Assembly: GCA_028825115.1 (NCBI GenBank)
Contig: JAPKAV010000002.1
Coordinates: forward strand, 37,189 to 101,188
Source of the DNA: Candidatus Nanopelagicales bacterium
GTDB taxonomy: Bacteria; Actinomycetota; Actinomycetes; S36-B12
Direction of reading: 5' to 3'
Length of the DNA stretch: 64,000 nt
A program made the position numbers and the translations under genes. This document shows, in pieces, positions 34,940-45,093 of this stretch (its first letter is position 1; each line of letters begins with the position of its first letter). The notes beneath the pieces were generated by a model, which saw nothing but the letters and a program-made list of their open reading frames with translations, was not told the DNA's origin and did not search any database.

Positions 34940-36544
34940 ATGATTGCCGCTTCCGAAATTGAGTTGCGTGCTGGATCCGAACTACTTCTATTGGCACCCA
35001 TGCTCAGGGTGGATAAGGGTGACCGCATTGGTCTCGTTGGCCGAAACGGGGCCGGAAAGACAACTTTGAGTCGGGTACTCGCTGGTGAAAGTGCGCCAAC
35101 CAGTGGCGCAATTAAGACCACGGGCACGGTGGGCTATCTGCCACAAGACCCGCGAACGGCAGACCCAGATCAGTTAGCTCGTTCACGGGTGCTCAGTGCC
35201 CGTGGGCTTGACGCGGTCTCGATTCGGATGGCCAAAGCGGCTGAAGCGCTGGCGATGCCGGGGATTAGCGCCGAGGAGTTTGACAAATCAGGGGAGCGAT
35301 ACAACCGGGCCCTTGATGAATTCGAATCGCTTGGTGGCTACACGGCTGAATCAGAAGCGGCAACTATTGCGGCAAGTATCGGCCTTGATGAGAGGATTTT
35401 GAGCCAACCACTGGGAACCCTCTCCGGTGGGCAACGTCGGCGCGTCGAACTGACTAGAATTCTATTCTCCGACGCTGACGTTCTTTTGCTGGACGAGCCG
35501 ACTAACCACCTTGATGCGGATTCAATACGTTGGCTGCGCAAGTATCTTGCGGCGTACGAGGGTGGATTCATTGTGATTAGCCACGACACGGAATTGCTGG
35601 AAGACACTGTAAACAAGGTATGGCACCTTGACGCCAACCGTCAGGAAATTGACCTGTATTCAATGGGCTGGAACAAATATTTGCTGGCTCGGGAAACCGA
35701 TGAGAAACGGCGTAAACGCGAACGTAGGAATGCTGAGTCTCAGGCGGACACTCTTCGCAAACAAGCAGAAAAGATGCGGGCAAAGGCGACAAAGGCCAAA
35801 GCTGCCCAATCAATGTTCAAGCGCGCCGATCGGATTTTGGCTGATACAGCCACTGAGCTCAAGAAGGACAATGTCGCAAAGTTGCGCTTCCCAACCCCCA
35901 AACCGTGCGGACGGGTTCCCCTCATGGCGGAAAACCTTTCACGGAGCTATGGCAGCCTTGAAGTATTTACCGACGTGGATCTAGCGATCGACCGGGGGAG
36001 CAAGGTCGTGATCTTGGGACTCAACGGTGCCGGTAAAACCACCATGTTGCGCATCCTCGCGGGAGTGGATCCACCCGACACAGGTTCACGTGAATTGGGA
36101 CACGGTGCGATAGTGGGGTATTACGCTCAAGAGCATGAGACTTTGGATCCAACCGCAACCGTGTGGGAAAGTTTAGCTTCGTCCGGGTCCCACCTTAACG
36201 ACACGCAGCAACGAACTGTCCTTGGTTCATTCCTTTTCCAAGGAGATGCCGTCCACAAACCAGCTGGAGTTCTTTCGGGTGGGGAAAAGACTCGTCTGGC
36301 GCTAGCTTGTTTGGTGGTATCAGGCGCAAACGTGCTGTTATTAGATGAGCCAACAAATAACCTTGACCCTGCCAGCCGGGCTGAAGTTCTCAATGCTCTT
36401 GCCCTCTACGAAGGCGCAGTGGTTCTGGTCACACACGATCCGGGCGCAGTTCGGGCGCTCAACCCGGAAAGGGTGCTCATTCTCCCCGATGGGGACGAAG
36501 ACTTGTGGAGCCAAGATTATATCGAGCTTATTGAGTTAGCCTAG
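34940..36544 (+). CDS. ABC-F family ATPase (no TM domain)
   Basis: 534 aa with two ABC cassettes (GRNGAGKTT/LSGGQRRR, GLNGAGKTT/LSGGEKTR) joined by a charged linker (ETDEKRRKRERRNAESQ). Confidence 0.92.
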   Translation: MIAASEIELRAGSELLLLAPMLRVDKGDRIGLVGRNGAGKTTLSRVLAGESAPTSGAIKTTGTVGYLPQDPRTADPDQLARSRVLSARGLDAVSIRMAKAAEALAMPGISAEEFDKSGERYNRALDEFESLGGYTAESEAATIAASIGLDERILSQPLGTLSGGQRRRVELTRILFSDADVLLLDEPTNHLDADSIRWLRKYLAAYEGGFIVISHDTELLEDTVNKVWHLDANRQEIDLYSMGWNKYLLARETDEKRRKRERRNAESQADTLRKQAEKMRAKATKAKAAQSMFKRADRILADTATELKKDNVAKLRFPTPKPCGRVPLMAENLSRSYGSLEVFTDVDLAIDRGSKVVILGLNGAGKTTMLRILAGVDPPDTGSRELGHGAIVGYYAQEHETLDPTATVWESLASSGSHLNDTQQRTVLGSFLFQGDAVHKPAGVLSGGEKTRLALACLVVSGANVLLLDEPTNNLDPASRAEVLNALALYEGAVVLVTHDPGAVRALNPERVLILPDGDEDLWSQDYIELIELA

Positions 36545-36548
36545 GAAC

Positions 36549-37304
36549 ATGGAAATCCTGACTGAACTCGCTGGCGATATATTTAATATAACCCTCAACG
36601 ATCCGGAGCGTCGCAACGCGCAAACCCCGGCGACCTGGGATGAGTTGTATGAAATCAGTCGGTCCATTCCTAACGGCACTCGGTTCATCGTGTTACGAGG
36701 AAATGGAAAATCCTTTTCCGCTGGGTTGGACCGCGCGATGTTCACTCCCGAGGGAGTCCCCGGTCAGCCATCCTTTATGGACATGGCCAGCCGTAGCGAC
36801 TCTGAACTGGACGACACGATCGCCCACTATCAACGCTTCTTTCGGGTTCTACGGGACCTACCCCAAATCAGTATCGCGTTGGTTCAGGGTCACGCGATTG
36901 GGGCTGGATTCCAACTTGCTCTGGCATGTGATTTCACAATCGCCGAGCCCAACACTTCGTTTGCTCTCAAAGAAAGCCAGTATGGATTGATCCCCGACCT
37001 TGGTGGAACTGTCAGGTTCACGGAGATTCTCGGCTACCACAAAAGCCTAGAGTTGATCGGTAGCGGTCGACTAATTCTTGCCCCAGAAGCACTAGAATTG
37101 CGTCTGATCACAAAAATCAGTGATCATCTTGATATCGGCCTTGAGCAATTGTGTTCGCCCTTTCGATCCGTCCTGCCGGAAACGCTGATTGACGCTAAAT
37201 TACTTATGGCTGGAATCGCTTACGGCGAAGAGCCTTGGGTGGCCGAAAGGCGCGCCCAATCTAAACGGTTGCGACACCTGCACACGCTCATGTCGCAGCA
37301 GTAG
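36549..37304 (+). CDS. enoyl-CoA hydratase/isomerase (crotonase) family protein
   Basis: 251 aa with a crotonase fold pattern (VLRGNGKSFSAGLD...VQGHAIGAGFQLALACD). Confidence 0.85.
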   Translation: MEILTELAGDIFNITLNDPERRNAQTPATWDELYEISRSIPNGTRFIVLRGNGKSFSAGLDRAMFTPEGVPGQPSFMDMASRSDSELDDTIAHYQRFFRVLRDLPQISIALVQGHAIGAGFQLALACDFTIAEPNTSFALKESQYGLIPDLGGTVRFTEILGYHKSLELIGSGRLILAPEALELRLITKISDHLDIGLEQLCSPFRSVLPETLIDAKLLMAGIAYGEEPWVAERRAQSKRLRHLHTLMSQQ

Positions 37305-37327
37305 CTATTAGTTGGGAGAAATCGCAC

Positions 37328-39190
37328 GTGTCGATGGAAAATGCCTGGCTGATATATCGGTCTTTGACCCGGGATCCTTCGGTTAAGGAAAAAAAAATTA
37401 GCCGCAAGACCGTCGGGCGAATTTTAGGTTATGCACGGCCCTACAAAGCTTTAATCACATTTTTCCTTGTCACATTAGTCGTCGCATCGCTGTTCAGTGT
37501 CGCGCAGCCTCTCCTCTTTCGACGCATTATTGACCAGGGAATAACGCCGGGGAATGCCTCGCTCGTGACCTGGACAGCCATTTTCATTGCGATGTTGGCG
37601 ATCGCAGACGCGGCGCTTGGGGTGATCAGCCGATATTTCTCAACACGGATTGGTGAAGGTTTAATTTTTGATTTACGCAATGAAGTGTACAATCACGTTC
37701 AGGCCCAAAGCATTGCCTTTTTCACCCGTGCACAAACAGGTGCACTAATCTCGAGGCTCAATAATGACGTAATCGGCGCTCAGCGGGCGTTCACGTCAAC
37801 GCTCGGAGGTGTGTTGGGGAATTTGATTACTCTCGTGATTGTTCTAATCACCATGTTGGTACTTTCGTGGCAAATCACACTCGCATCTTTAGTGCTCGTC
37901 CCTCTATTCCTACTGCCCGCACGCTACATGGGTCGTCGATTGCAGGCAATGACGCGGGAGCAGATGACCGTCAACGCAGCAATGAGCAATCAAATGACCG
38001 AAAGATTTAACGTAGCGGGTGCCCTTCTCGTCAAGCTCTTTGGCCGTCCCAAGGAAGAGTCCCAAGTTTTCAGTGATCGAGCGAAAGTCGTGCGAGACAC
38101 CGGCATCCGAATCGCGATGGCGAACCGCTGGTTTTTCACAGCGCTAACTCTGGTAGCAGCCTTAGCCACGGCACTTACCTATGGTCTCGGCGGTAACTTG
38201 GTCATCACCGGCGCAATTTCACTGGGCACCCTGTTGGCGCTGGTTGGCCTGTTGGCACAACTGTACGGACCACTCACTGCCATCTCAAATGTTCGAGTAG
38301 ACGTCATGACCGCTCTGGTGTCATTTGATCGCGTCTTTGAGGTGTTAGATTTACAGCCACTCATTGTCGAATCAGAGTACGGTCGCGAACTCCCCGATGG
38401 TCCGCTTTCAGTGTCCTTTAATCACGTTGATTTCACCTACCCCAAGGCCAGCGAAGTGAGCTTGGCTTCACTCGAATCCATCGCGAGGCCCGAATCTGCT
38501 GGGGGAGTGGAACCCGTTTTACGGAACGTCAGCTTTGACGTTGACCCTGGAACCCTGACCGCTTTGGTGGGTCCGTCAGGTGCTGGTAAGACAACAATTA
38601 CGGCTTTGCTCGCCCGACTGTACGATCCAACGAATGGCTCGATTCGCATTGGTAACGCTGATGTGAAGGACATCAGTTTTCACTCCCTGCGCGGGGCCCT
38701 TGGCGTTGTCACCCAAGATTCACACCTGTTCCACGACACGATCGGTGCAAACTTGCTTTATGCCAGGCCTGATGCAACCGCGAAGCAAGTGGAGCGGGCT
38801 TGTGTGGACGCTCAAATCTGGAGCATGATTACTGCGCTTCCCGACGGTTTGGACACCGTAGTGGGGGACCGTGGATACCGACTTTCCGGTGGAGAAAAGC
38901 AAAGGATTGCTTTGGCGCGTCTGCTGCTTAAATCACCTCGAGTAGTGATTCTCGATGAGGCGACGGCGCATTTGGACAGCGAGAGTGAGCGCGCCGTCCA
39001 CCAGGCGTTAGACAACGCGTTGAGTGGTCGAACATCCGTGGTAATCGCGCACCGACTGTCCACTATCCGGGAAGCGGATCAGATTCTTGTTGTTGTCGAT
39101 GGAGAAATTGTGCAACAAGGTACGCACACTGAATTACTCGCACAGGGTGGGATGTATTCAGATTTGTATGAAACCCAATTCACTCGATAG
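37328..39190 (+). CDS. ABC exporter, fused permease/ATP-binding protein
   Basis: 620 aa with an N-terminal 6-TM exporter domain. C-terminal NBD has GPSGAGKTT, LSGGEKQR and VILDEATAHLD. GTG start. Confidence 0.92.
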   Translation: MSMENAWLIYRSLTRDPSVKEKKISRKTVGRILGYARPYKALITFFLVTLVVASLFSVAQPLLFRRIIDQGITPGNASLVTWTAIFIAMLAIADAALGVISRYFSTRIGEGLIFDLRNEVYNHVQAQSIAFFTRAQTGALISRLNNDVIGAQRAFTSTLGGVLGNLITLVIVLITMLVLSWQITLASLVLVPLFLLPARYMGRRLQAMTREQMTVNAAMSNQMTERFNVAGALLVKLFGRPKEESQVFSDRAKVVRDTGIRIAMANRWFFTALTLVAALATALTYGLGGNLVITGAISLGTLLALVGLLAQLYGPLTAISNVRVDVMTALVSFDRVFEVLDLQPLIVESEYGRELPDGPLSVSFNHVDFTYPKASEVSLASLESIARPESAGGVEPVLRNVSFDVDPGTLTALVGPSGAGKTTITALLARLYDPTNGSIRIGNADVKDISFHSLRGALGVVTQDSHLFHDTIGANLLYARPDATAKQVERACVDAQIWSMITALPDGLDTVVGDRGYRLSGGEKQRIALARLLLKSPRVVILDEATAHLDSESERAVHQALDNALSGRTSVVIAHRLSTIREADQILVVVDGEIVQQGTHTELLAQGGMYSDLYETQFTR

Positions 39191-39884
39191 TTGTGTGGGC
39201 TTCCCTGCGCAAGAAAACGAACCAGCCCACAATTGCGACAAGTGCGAAAAGAATCCACTGCACGGCATAGGAAATATTTTGCGATTCATCAATGTCAGGT
39301 AGCGGAACGATCACCAATTCCTCTTGGCCTGGACTCACAGATATCGATTGCACAATTCGATTGTCCACCGTCGCGTTGCTCACCGTGGCGTTGAGTTCTT
39401 CCTTGGACATCTTGGCTACAACTCCTTTCGGTAGCCCATAGACGTCATCTAGTGGTGCTTCAAAGTTTCGAATCGCACCGGTGACTGTGATTTCCCCGGA
39501 GGAAGCGGGCGGGATAAACGGCACCTCCGTTGCGATGGTTGATGCCCCAAGCCACCCACGCAGCACCCATATCTGAAGCCCCGTCTGAACGCTCAAGGGA
39601 GTCATCACCCAGTAGCCATTCCCGCCATCGAGTGGCCGCTGACGTACCAACTGCGTCTTCTCATTAACAAATGTTCCGGAAACTTGTACCCGAGAGAACT
39701 CGCCGAGATCGGTGACTGAATCAACTCGGTCCAGAACCTGCGCCTGTGAAATTGCGATGCGCTCGACTCGGCGCTCATCAGCACGATCCCATTGCCAGCG
39801 GCTTAGTAGCCCAAATCCGGTGATGGCCAGCACAACTAATGCGGTGAAACTCAGCCATCGACGGGTCTTCAAAAGAGCGAGCAC
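39180..39884 (-). CDS. SURF1 family cytochrome oxidase biogenesis protein
   Basis: 234 aa with N- and C-terminal TM helices flanking a periplasmic domain, and the SRWQWDR motif typical of SURF1/Shy1. Confidence 0.82.
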   Translation of the reverse strand: MLALLKTRRWLSFTALVVLAITGFGLLSRWQWDRADERRVERIAISQAQVLDRVDSVTDLGEFSRVQVSGTFVNEKTQLVRQRPLDGGNGYWVMTPLSVQTGLQIWVLRGWLGASTIATEVPFIPPASSGEITVTGAIRNFEAPLDDVYGLPKGVVAKMSKEELNATVSNATVDNRIVQSISVSPGQEELVIVPLPDIDESQNISYAVQWILFALVAIVGWFVFLRREAHTTIE

Positions 39885-40048
39885 ACTTCAGCCTAATCCA
39901 CGAGCGATAACACGCTGAGAATTGATCGATCGGCTAACCCAATACGCTGATAATCAAGCCTAACGAAGTGCGTTAGCGAGACTTGATGAACTTCGACCAA
40001 ATCGGAATACACACTCAACTCACATCGGACAATACGAGCACAAGTTTC

Positions 40049-40363
40049 TTATTGCTCGAGTGATCGATATGTGCGCCGGTGGGACTCCTGGGCTGACGCA
40101 GCAGTGGGCAAGGCGACTGGCATAACACCCATTACACCCGGTGCGTCATTTTCCCGACCCGCATTCGCGATCACGACAGCGAGGTAAGGCAAAACGACTG
40201 CCCCGGCGATAAATACCCATTTGGGCCACCCGGGGACGACAATGGCAGCCAGCACACAGCCCGTTCGGATCCCCATTGAAAAAAGGTATCTCCGGGTGCG
40301 CCCAGCCTGTTCACTGCTCAAAGCACGGTTAGTCTCCGTAATGGTGTAGACCTCAGGCGCCAT
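40049..40363 (-). CDS. DUF3099 domain membrane protein
   Basis: 104 aa with a two-TM hairpin (RRYLFSMGIRTGCVLAAIVV...VFIAGAVVLPYLAVVIANAGRE), characteristic of actinobacterial DUF3099. Confidence 0.75.
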   Translation of the reverse strand: MAPEVYTITETNRALSSEQAGRTRRYLFSMGIRTGCVLAAIVVPGWPKWVFIAGAVVLPYLAVVIANAGRENDAPGVMGVMPVALPTAASAQESHRRTYRSLEQ

Positions 40364-40416
40364 GCCGATAGCCTAAGCCCACAAGGCCACATGCGCGATC
40401 TGACCTAAGGAGCTTC

Positions 40417-40629
40417 ATGACCGACCGCAGTTACGCGATTGCCACATTGGTGGGCACTTCGCCTGAGTCAATTGATACCGCTGTCCGCAATGCCGTTAAA
40501 CGGGCGGGGGAAATACACAAGCACGTTGACTGGTTTGAGGTAGATCAAATTCGGGGATATGTGCGCGAAAATGGGGTGGATCATTTCCAGGTCACTGTCC
40601 GTGTGGGTTACCGACTTGAGGACCAGTGA
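40417..40629 (+). CDS. dodecin family flavin-binding protein
   Basis: 70 aa, close in pattern to mycobacterial dodecin (Y..I.IVGTSP...DWFEV..IRG......HFQVT..VGFRLED). Confidence 0.88.
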   Translation: MTDRSYAIATLVGTSPESIDTAVRNAVKRAGEIHKHVDWFEVDQIRGYVRENGVDHFQVTVRVGYRLEDQ

Positions 40630-41345
40630 GCGAGAAAGGCGGTTTGGCTTTCATCACCGGTGGCAACCGAGGGATTGGAGCCGCGACCGCGCAAGCTTTG
40701 GCTGACGCTGGCCATCGAGTGGTAATTGGTTCACGCTCAGGTCAGGCCAGTGAAATCCCGGGTGTCCCTAGCGTCGCTATCGACGTGGGAGATGGTGTAT
40801 CAATCGAAAAAGCCATTAAGGAAGTGGAGGAAAACTATGGCCCGATCTCAATCCTGATTGCCAATGCCGGTATTACGCGAGACTCCCTGCTGATGCGCAT
40901 GGAAGATCAAGATATCGAAGAAACTATTGCTACCAATTTGGTCGGCTCAATCCGACTCGCACGACACGTTCTACGCTCAATGATCAAGGCACGAAATGGT
41001 AGGATTGTGTTCATGTCCTCTGTTGTTGGATTACTCGGCAGTGCCGGACAGGTCAACTACGCGGCTTCTAAAGCTGGGCTCGTAGGTGCCGCTCGCTCGT
41101 TAACCCGTGAAGTCGGTAGCAGGGGCATCACAATTAATGTAGTGGCTCCAGGATTTATTGACACTGATATGACAGCGGCCCTCGACAAAAACACTAAGTC
41201 CGCAATTTTGGGAACTATTCCGGCAGCGCGTTATGGTCAGCCAAGCGAAGTTGCACGAGTTATTGAATTCCTTGTGTCGGATGCCGGTGCGTATATTTCT
41301 GGCGCAGTTATCCCGGTTGACGGCGGTCTAGGAATGGGACACTAA
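40626..41345 (+). CDS. fabG: 3-oxoacyl-ACP reductase (FabG/MabA-like SDR)
   Basis: TGGNRGIG cofactor motif and YxxxK (YAASKAG). 239 aa. GTGA overlap with dodecin. fabG-fabI pair as in the mabA-inhA operon. Confidence 0.9.
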   Translation: MSEKGGLAFITGGNRGIGAATAQALADAGHRVVIGSRSGQASEIPGVPSVAIDVGDGVSIEKAIKEVEENYGPISILIANAGITRDSLLMRMEDQDIEETIATNLVGSIRLARHVLRSMIKARNGRIVFMSSVVGLLGSAGQVNYAASKAGLVGAARSLTREVGSRGITINVVAPGFIDTDMTAALDKNTKSAILGTIPAARYGQPSEVARVIEFLVSDAGAYISGAVIPVDGGLGMGH

Positions 41346-41355
41346 GGAGATTGCA

Positions 41356-42120
41356 ATGCTGCTAAAAGATAAGAACGTGCTGATTACCGGGGTCCTCACC
41401 GACCAATCCATTGCATTCCATGTGGCCAAAATGGCTCAAGAGCAAGGCGCGAATGTTGTCTTGACTTCATTTGGGCGCACGATGTCGCTGACGAAGCGCA
41501 GCGCAACGCGACTGCCAGAAGAGGTTTCGATCGTAGAACTTGACGTGACCTCACAGGAGGATCTAGATGCGTTGGCTGCCCGCGTGGGTGAGCATGTGCC
41601 GCATCTCGACGGAGTTCTGCATTCAATTGGATTTGCGCCAGAGAGTGCGTTGGGTGGAAATTTTCTTAATACATCGTGGCAAGATGTGGGAACCGCGATT
41701 CAAATTTCAACTTTTTCGTTTAAATCACTGGGTGTAGCTTGTCGGGACCTATTAGTACCGGGATCTTCGTTGGTTGGCTTGGATTTCGATGCGAGGGTTG
41801 CCTGGCCCACTTACGACTGGATGGGCGTGGCTAAGGCGGCGCTCGAGAGCACCTCTCGTTATTTAGCCAGAGACTTGGGTCCACATGGTGTTCGGGTGAA
41901 TTTGGTTGCCGCGGGCCCGATTCGAACCATGGCCGCCAAAAGTATTCCCGGGTTCGAGGAATTCGAAAACTTGTGGGAGCAGCGCGCCCCGCTGGGGTGG
42001 GATGTCTCAGACCCGACAGCCGCGGCTCAAGCGTGTGTAGTCCTGCTCTCGGACTGGTTGCCTGCGACGAGTGGCGAGATACTGCATGTCGATGGAGGCA
42101 TGCACTCACAAGGCGCCTAG
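41356..42120 (+). CDS. fabI: enoyl-ACP reductase (NADH), FabI/InhA type
   Basis: 254 aa with a SIAFHVA motif, Y..MGVAKAALES (Tyr/Lys catalytic pair) and C-terminal HVDGG. Confidence 0.9.
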   Translation: MLLKDKNVLITGVLTDQSIAFHVAKMAQEQGANVVLTSFGRTMSLTKRSATRLPEEVSIVELDVTSQEDLDALAARVGEHVPHLDGVLHSIGFAPESALGGNFLNTSWQDVGTAIQISTFSFKSLGVACRDLLVPGSSLVGLDFDARVAWPTYDWMGVAKAALESTSRYLARDLGPHGVRVNLVAAGPIRTMAAKSIPGFEEFENLWEQRAPLGWDVSDPTAAAQACVVLLSDWLPATSGEILHVDGGMHSQGA

Positions 42121-43328
42121 AGCGCGCTATCGCGATCCGATCTGAGTATCTCGTCCCGCGTGATCCCTAACAAGTAAAGGACCGAATCCAAATACGGCAC
42201 ATTGACCGTAGTATCCGCGCTTTCACGCAATACATGTTTAGCATTAAAAGCCACACCTAAGCCAGCTTCAGAAATCATGTCGATGTCGTTTGCCCCATCG
42301 CCAATCGCGATCGTGCGTCGATTGGGAATGTTGAACTCTCGGGCAAAATGCACCAGTGCCTGGCGCTTAGCTTCTCGATCCACGATTGGTCCACACAAAT
42401 TTCCGGTTATCACGCCGTCAATGACCTCCAACGTATTGGCCCGAAAGGCGCTCACGCCTAATTCCCGTGCGATCGGCTCAATCACATTAGTAAAACCACC
42501 GGATACTAGGACAATTTGGTAACCGAGACGATGAAGGGTGCGACACAGAGTACGTGCACCCGGAGTCAGCGAGATCAATTCTCGAGCTTGCTCAATTAGC
42601 CCGGCTGGCGCGCCGGCCAGCAGCGACACGCGCGCTTGCAGTGACTCAGTGAAATCGACCTCCCCGCCCATCGCTGCGGCAGTGATCTCGCTCACCGCCG
42701 AGCCAACGCCGGCCAATTCACCCAAGAGGTCAACCACCTCACCCTGGATCAACGTAGAATCAACATCCATCACAACGAGATACTGTCCGCGGGCCTCCAG
42801 CGCTACGTCTTGTACTGAGATATCCACTCCGCACCGCACTGAAACTTCGGCTAATGGGCGGCGCAAGGCTTGGTGATCCACGCCGGAACCTTCAAGTCGA
42901 ATAGCCGTCACGGGGTAATCAGCAATCCTATGAATTCGATCCAAGTTGCCACCATGTTGTGCGATCGTTGAGGTCACAATGTTGATACATTCAGGGTGCA
43001 GCGGAGCTCCCATCACAATCACCTGAAATTTTTCGCGGGAAAGATCGGCTTCGAGTGCCACTCCTGGACGCGTCGTGACTTCCATGTTGCGAGAACTAGC
43101 GGCGATCCTGACACTTTTGCGAACTTGATCGAGTACACCGGGCGCAAGTAAGTCAGTGACGCTGGGGTCAAGTTCGAGCGCTATCGCGAGAGTGAGATGT
43201 CCACGCACCACCAACTGTTCCATGTCCACCACTACAACCGGCGCTGGCGCTACAGCTTCAAATATGTCGCTCGTAACTCCAGGAGCGTCAATTCCATTCA
43301 CTGTTATAAGTAATGTGCGATCAATCAC
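42117..43328 (-). CDS. serB: phosphoserine phosphatase SerB (ACT-ACT-HAD)
   Basis: 403 aa with two N-terminal ACT-like repeats. The HAD core has DVDSTLI, ...SGGF... and GDGANDI motifs. Confidence 0.9.
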   Translation of the reverse strand: MIDRTLLITVNGIDAPGVTSDIFEAVAPAPVVVVDMEQLVVRGHLTLAIALELDPSVTDLLAPGVLDQVRKSVRIAASSRNMEVTTRPGVALEADLSREKFQVIVMGAPLHPECINIVTSTIAQHGGNLDRIHRIADYPVTAIRLEGSGVDHQALRRPLAEVSVRCGVDISVQDVALEARGQYLVVMDVDSTLIQGEVVDLLGELAGVGSAVSEITAAAMGGEVDFTESLQARVSLLAGAPAGLIEQARELISLTPGARTLCRTLHRLGYQIVLVSGGFTNVIEPIARELGVSAFRANTLEVIDGVITGNLCGPIVDREAKRQALVHFAREFNIPNRRTIAIGDGANDIDMISEAGLGVAFNAKHVLRESADTTVNVPYLDSVLYLLGITRDEILRSDRDSAL

Positions 43329-43359
43329 GGGCCCAGCCTAGATCCCTCCGAAGTCCCAA

Positions 43360-44118
43360 ATGTTTCCACGGTCTCAATCTATGATGGGCCAATCAGGATG
43401 TGACCTGAGGCACCAAGAAAAAAGATTGGGGGTGAGATCGTTGCGTAAAATACTTCTAGTTACGCCCCTGACCCTGATCTTGATTATGGCTGCAGTGCTG
43501 GCTGGAGTAGCCGCGGGTCTGTACACCTACTTTGAATCCGATAAGGCGGTAGCGGCTCAGGGCCCGCGTATCGAATTGGACGAATTAGCATTTTGTACGG
43601 CCGCAGTCATCGATTTGGATCGGATTGAGATTGCGCTGCCGAATCATTTGGCGCTCCTGCCCGGACCCAAGAAAGAGTTACGGATTTCGACGCAGCCACG
43701 GGCCACGATGAATGCAGTTCTGCTCCCTCGGGAGGAAGTTGATGCGATACTTTTGGGGTCGAACACTTGCCTGATTAGCTTCGATACCCAGACCTGGTCA
43801 ATAACCCGCAGCGCCGTGGGACAACCATGGTTGCAAATAGACCAAGGGGCCGGTCTATCCGATTTCTCCAGCGGTGAATCGGTCGTATTTGATGTCGGAT
43901 CCGTTTTCAATTCGACGCTGATCATTGAATTTGAGACACCTGATGCCTCGATTTCGATGTTGTTGCTAGACGCTGAGTTTCGATATCCAGATGCCGAGAA
44001 GTGGGCGCTGGGGTGCATAATCGCCGCCGGGCTGCTGCTGGTGCTGTTTGTGATTCTTGTGGTTATGGTAATTATGAGAAATAGACACGGGTCGCGATCA
44101 ATCGAGGTGCGTTCATGA
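43360..44118 (+). CDS. hypothetical membrane-anchored protein (N- and C-terminal TM helices, ~170-aa external domain)
   Basis: Open frame with TM segments LLVTPLTLILIMAAVLAGVAAGLY and LGCIIAAGLLLVLFVILVVMVIM. Its stop overlaps the ATG of the next gene (ATGA). The real start may be TTG 43441, which has GGGGGTGA upstream. No family recognised. Confidence 0.6.
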   Translation: MFPRSQSMMGQSGCDLRHQEKRLGVRSLRKILLVTPLTLILIMAAVLAGVAAGLYTYFESDKAVAAQGPRIELDELAFCTAAVIDLDRIEIALPNHLALLPGPKKELRISTQPRATMNAVLLPREEVDAILLGSNTCLISFDTQTWSITRSAVGQPWLQIDQGAGLSDFSSGESVVFDVGSVFNSTLIIEFETPDASISMLLLDAEFRYPDAEKWALGCIIAAGLLLVLFVILVVMVIMRNRHGSRSIEVRS

Positions 44119-44687
44119 CGCCATGGCGGCCTTGGACGATTCCGAATGCTGTGAGTCTACTTCGCCTACTCGGTATCCCTGCTTTTTTCTATCTACTCCT
44201 CGACGCGGAAAACTATTTCGGGGCCCTGTGTGTCCTGGTGATAGCGGGTGTGACCGACTGGGTTGACGGTTACTTAGCCAGGAGATTGAACCAAGTGAGC
44301 AGGCTGGGGGTCCTACTTGATCCGCTCGTGGATCGTCTCTACATCGCCGCGACTCTAGTCGGGCTAGCCCTTGCCAGCTTGATTCCGTGGTGGTTGGTCA
44401 TCGTGGTTGCTTTCCGGGATGTGGTTTTGCTAGCCCTGATCCCATCATTACGATCCTTGGGGATTTCGGCCCTTCCTGTGACCTATGTGGGCAAGGCGGC
44501 GACGTTCGCCCTTCTATGGGGATTCCCTCTGATTTTGCTCGGTGGACTCGATTCCACAACGGCCATCGTGATGGCTTCCGCAGGATGGGGCTTTGCCCTG
44601 TGGGGGACGTATCTCTACTGGTGGACCGGCGTACGGTATTTTGTGCACACTCGCGAATTGCTACAAGCAAATAGCCCCAACGGATAG
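44115..44687 (+). CDS. CDP-alcohol phosphatidyltransferase family protein (PgsA/cardiolipin synthase-like)
   Basis: 190 aa with the signature D(x)2DG(x)2AR...G(x)3D(x)3D (TDWVDGYLARRLN...GVLLDPLVDR). Confidence 0.88.
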   Translation: MTPWRPWTIPNAVSLLRLLGIPAFFYLLLDAENYFGALCVLVIAGVTDWVDGYLARRLNQVSRLGVLLDPLVDRLYIAATLVGLALASLIPWWLVIVVAFRDVVLLALIPSLRSLGISALPVTYVGKAATFALLWGFPLILLGGLDSTTAIVMASAGWGFALWGTYLYWWTGVRYFVHTRELLQANSPNG

Positions 44688-44696
44688 GCTGCAACC

Positions 44697-45080
44697 ATGA
44701 CCCCAGATGAATTGTCGTACACCGCAGACCACGAGTGGTTGCGGCTCAATGACAACGGCTACGCAGTGTTCGGCATTACCGATTACGCCCAAGACTCACT
44801 GGGGGACATTGTGTACGTGGCCCTTCCGGCGATTGGCGCGGAATTGAAGGTCGGAACCTCGTGCGGTGAGATTGAATCGACCAAGAGCGTGAGTGATCTA
44901 TTCGTGCCGATCGACGGTACAGTTGTGGCAATAAATTCTGAACTTGAAGCTAACCCAGAGCTTTTAAATTCTTCCCCTTATGCGCAGGGTTGGCTTGTTG
45001 AACTTGAGCCAGATGCACCACAGCAAATCGACGATTTGCTCAGCTCAGCCGACTACAATGCACTTATCGACCAGGCCTAA
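44697..45080 (+). CDS. gcvH: glycine cleavage system protein H
   Basis: 127 aa with the lipoyl-lysine motif EIESTKSVSDL, plus YT.DHEW and GITDYAQ motifs. Confidence 0.95.
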   Translation: MTPDELSYTADHEWLRLNDNGYAVFGITDYAQDSLGDIVYVALPAIGAELKVGTSCGEIESTKSVSDLFVPIDGTVVAINSELEANPELLNSSPYAQGWLVELEPDAPQQIDDLLSSADYNALIDQA

Positions 45081-45093
45081 GGACGTCATCACC

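Noticed and set aside
37389-37397. A9 homopolymer in codons 21-24 of the ABC exporter, considered as a possible phase-variation tract.
   Set aside because: Comparable A/T runs occur in other genes here (for example an 8-nt run in pgl around 18567-18574). It simply encodes EKKI, and nothing suggests slippage-based switching.
39960-39976. Hairpin ctaacg-aagtg-cgttag in the SURF1/DUF3099 intergenic region.
   Set aside because: The stem is only 6 bp and neither strand has a U-tract, so it cannot be called a terminator or a regulatory element.
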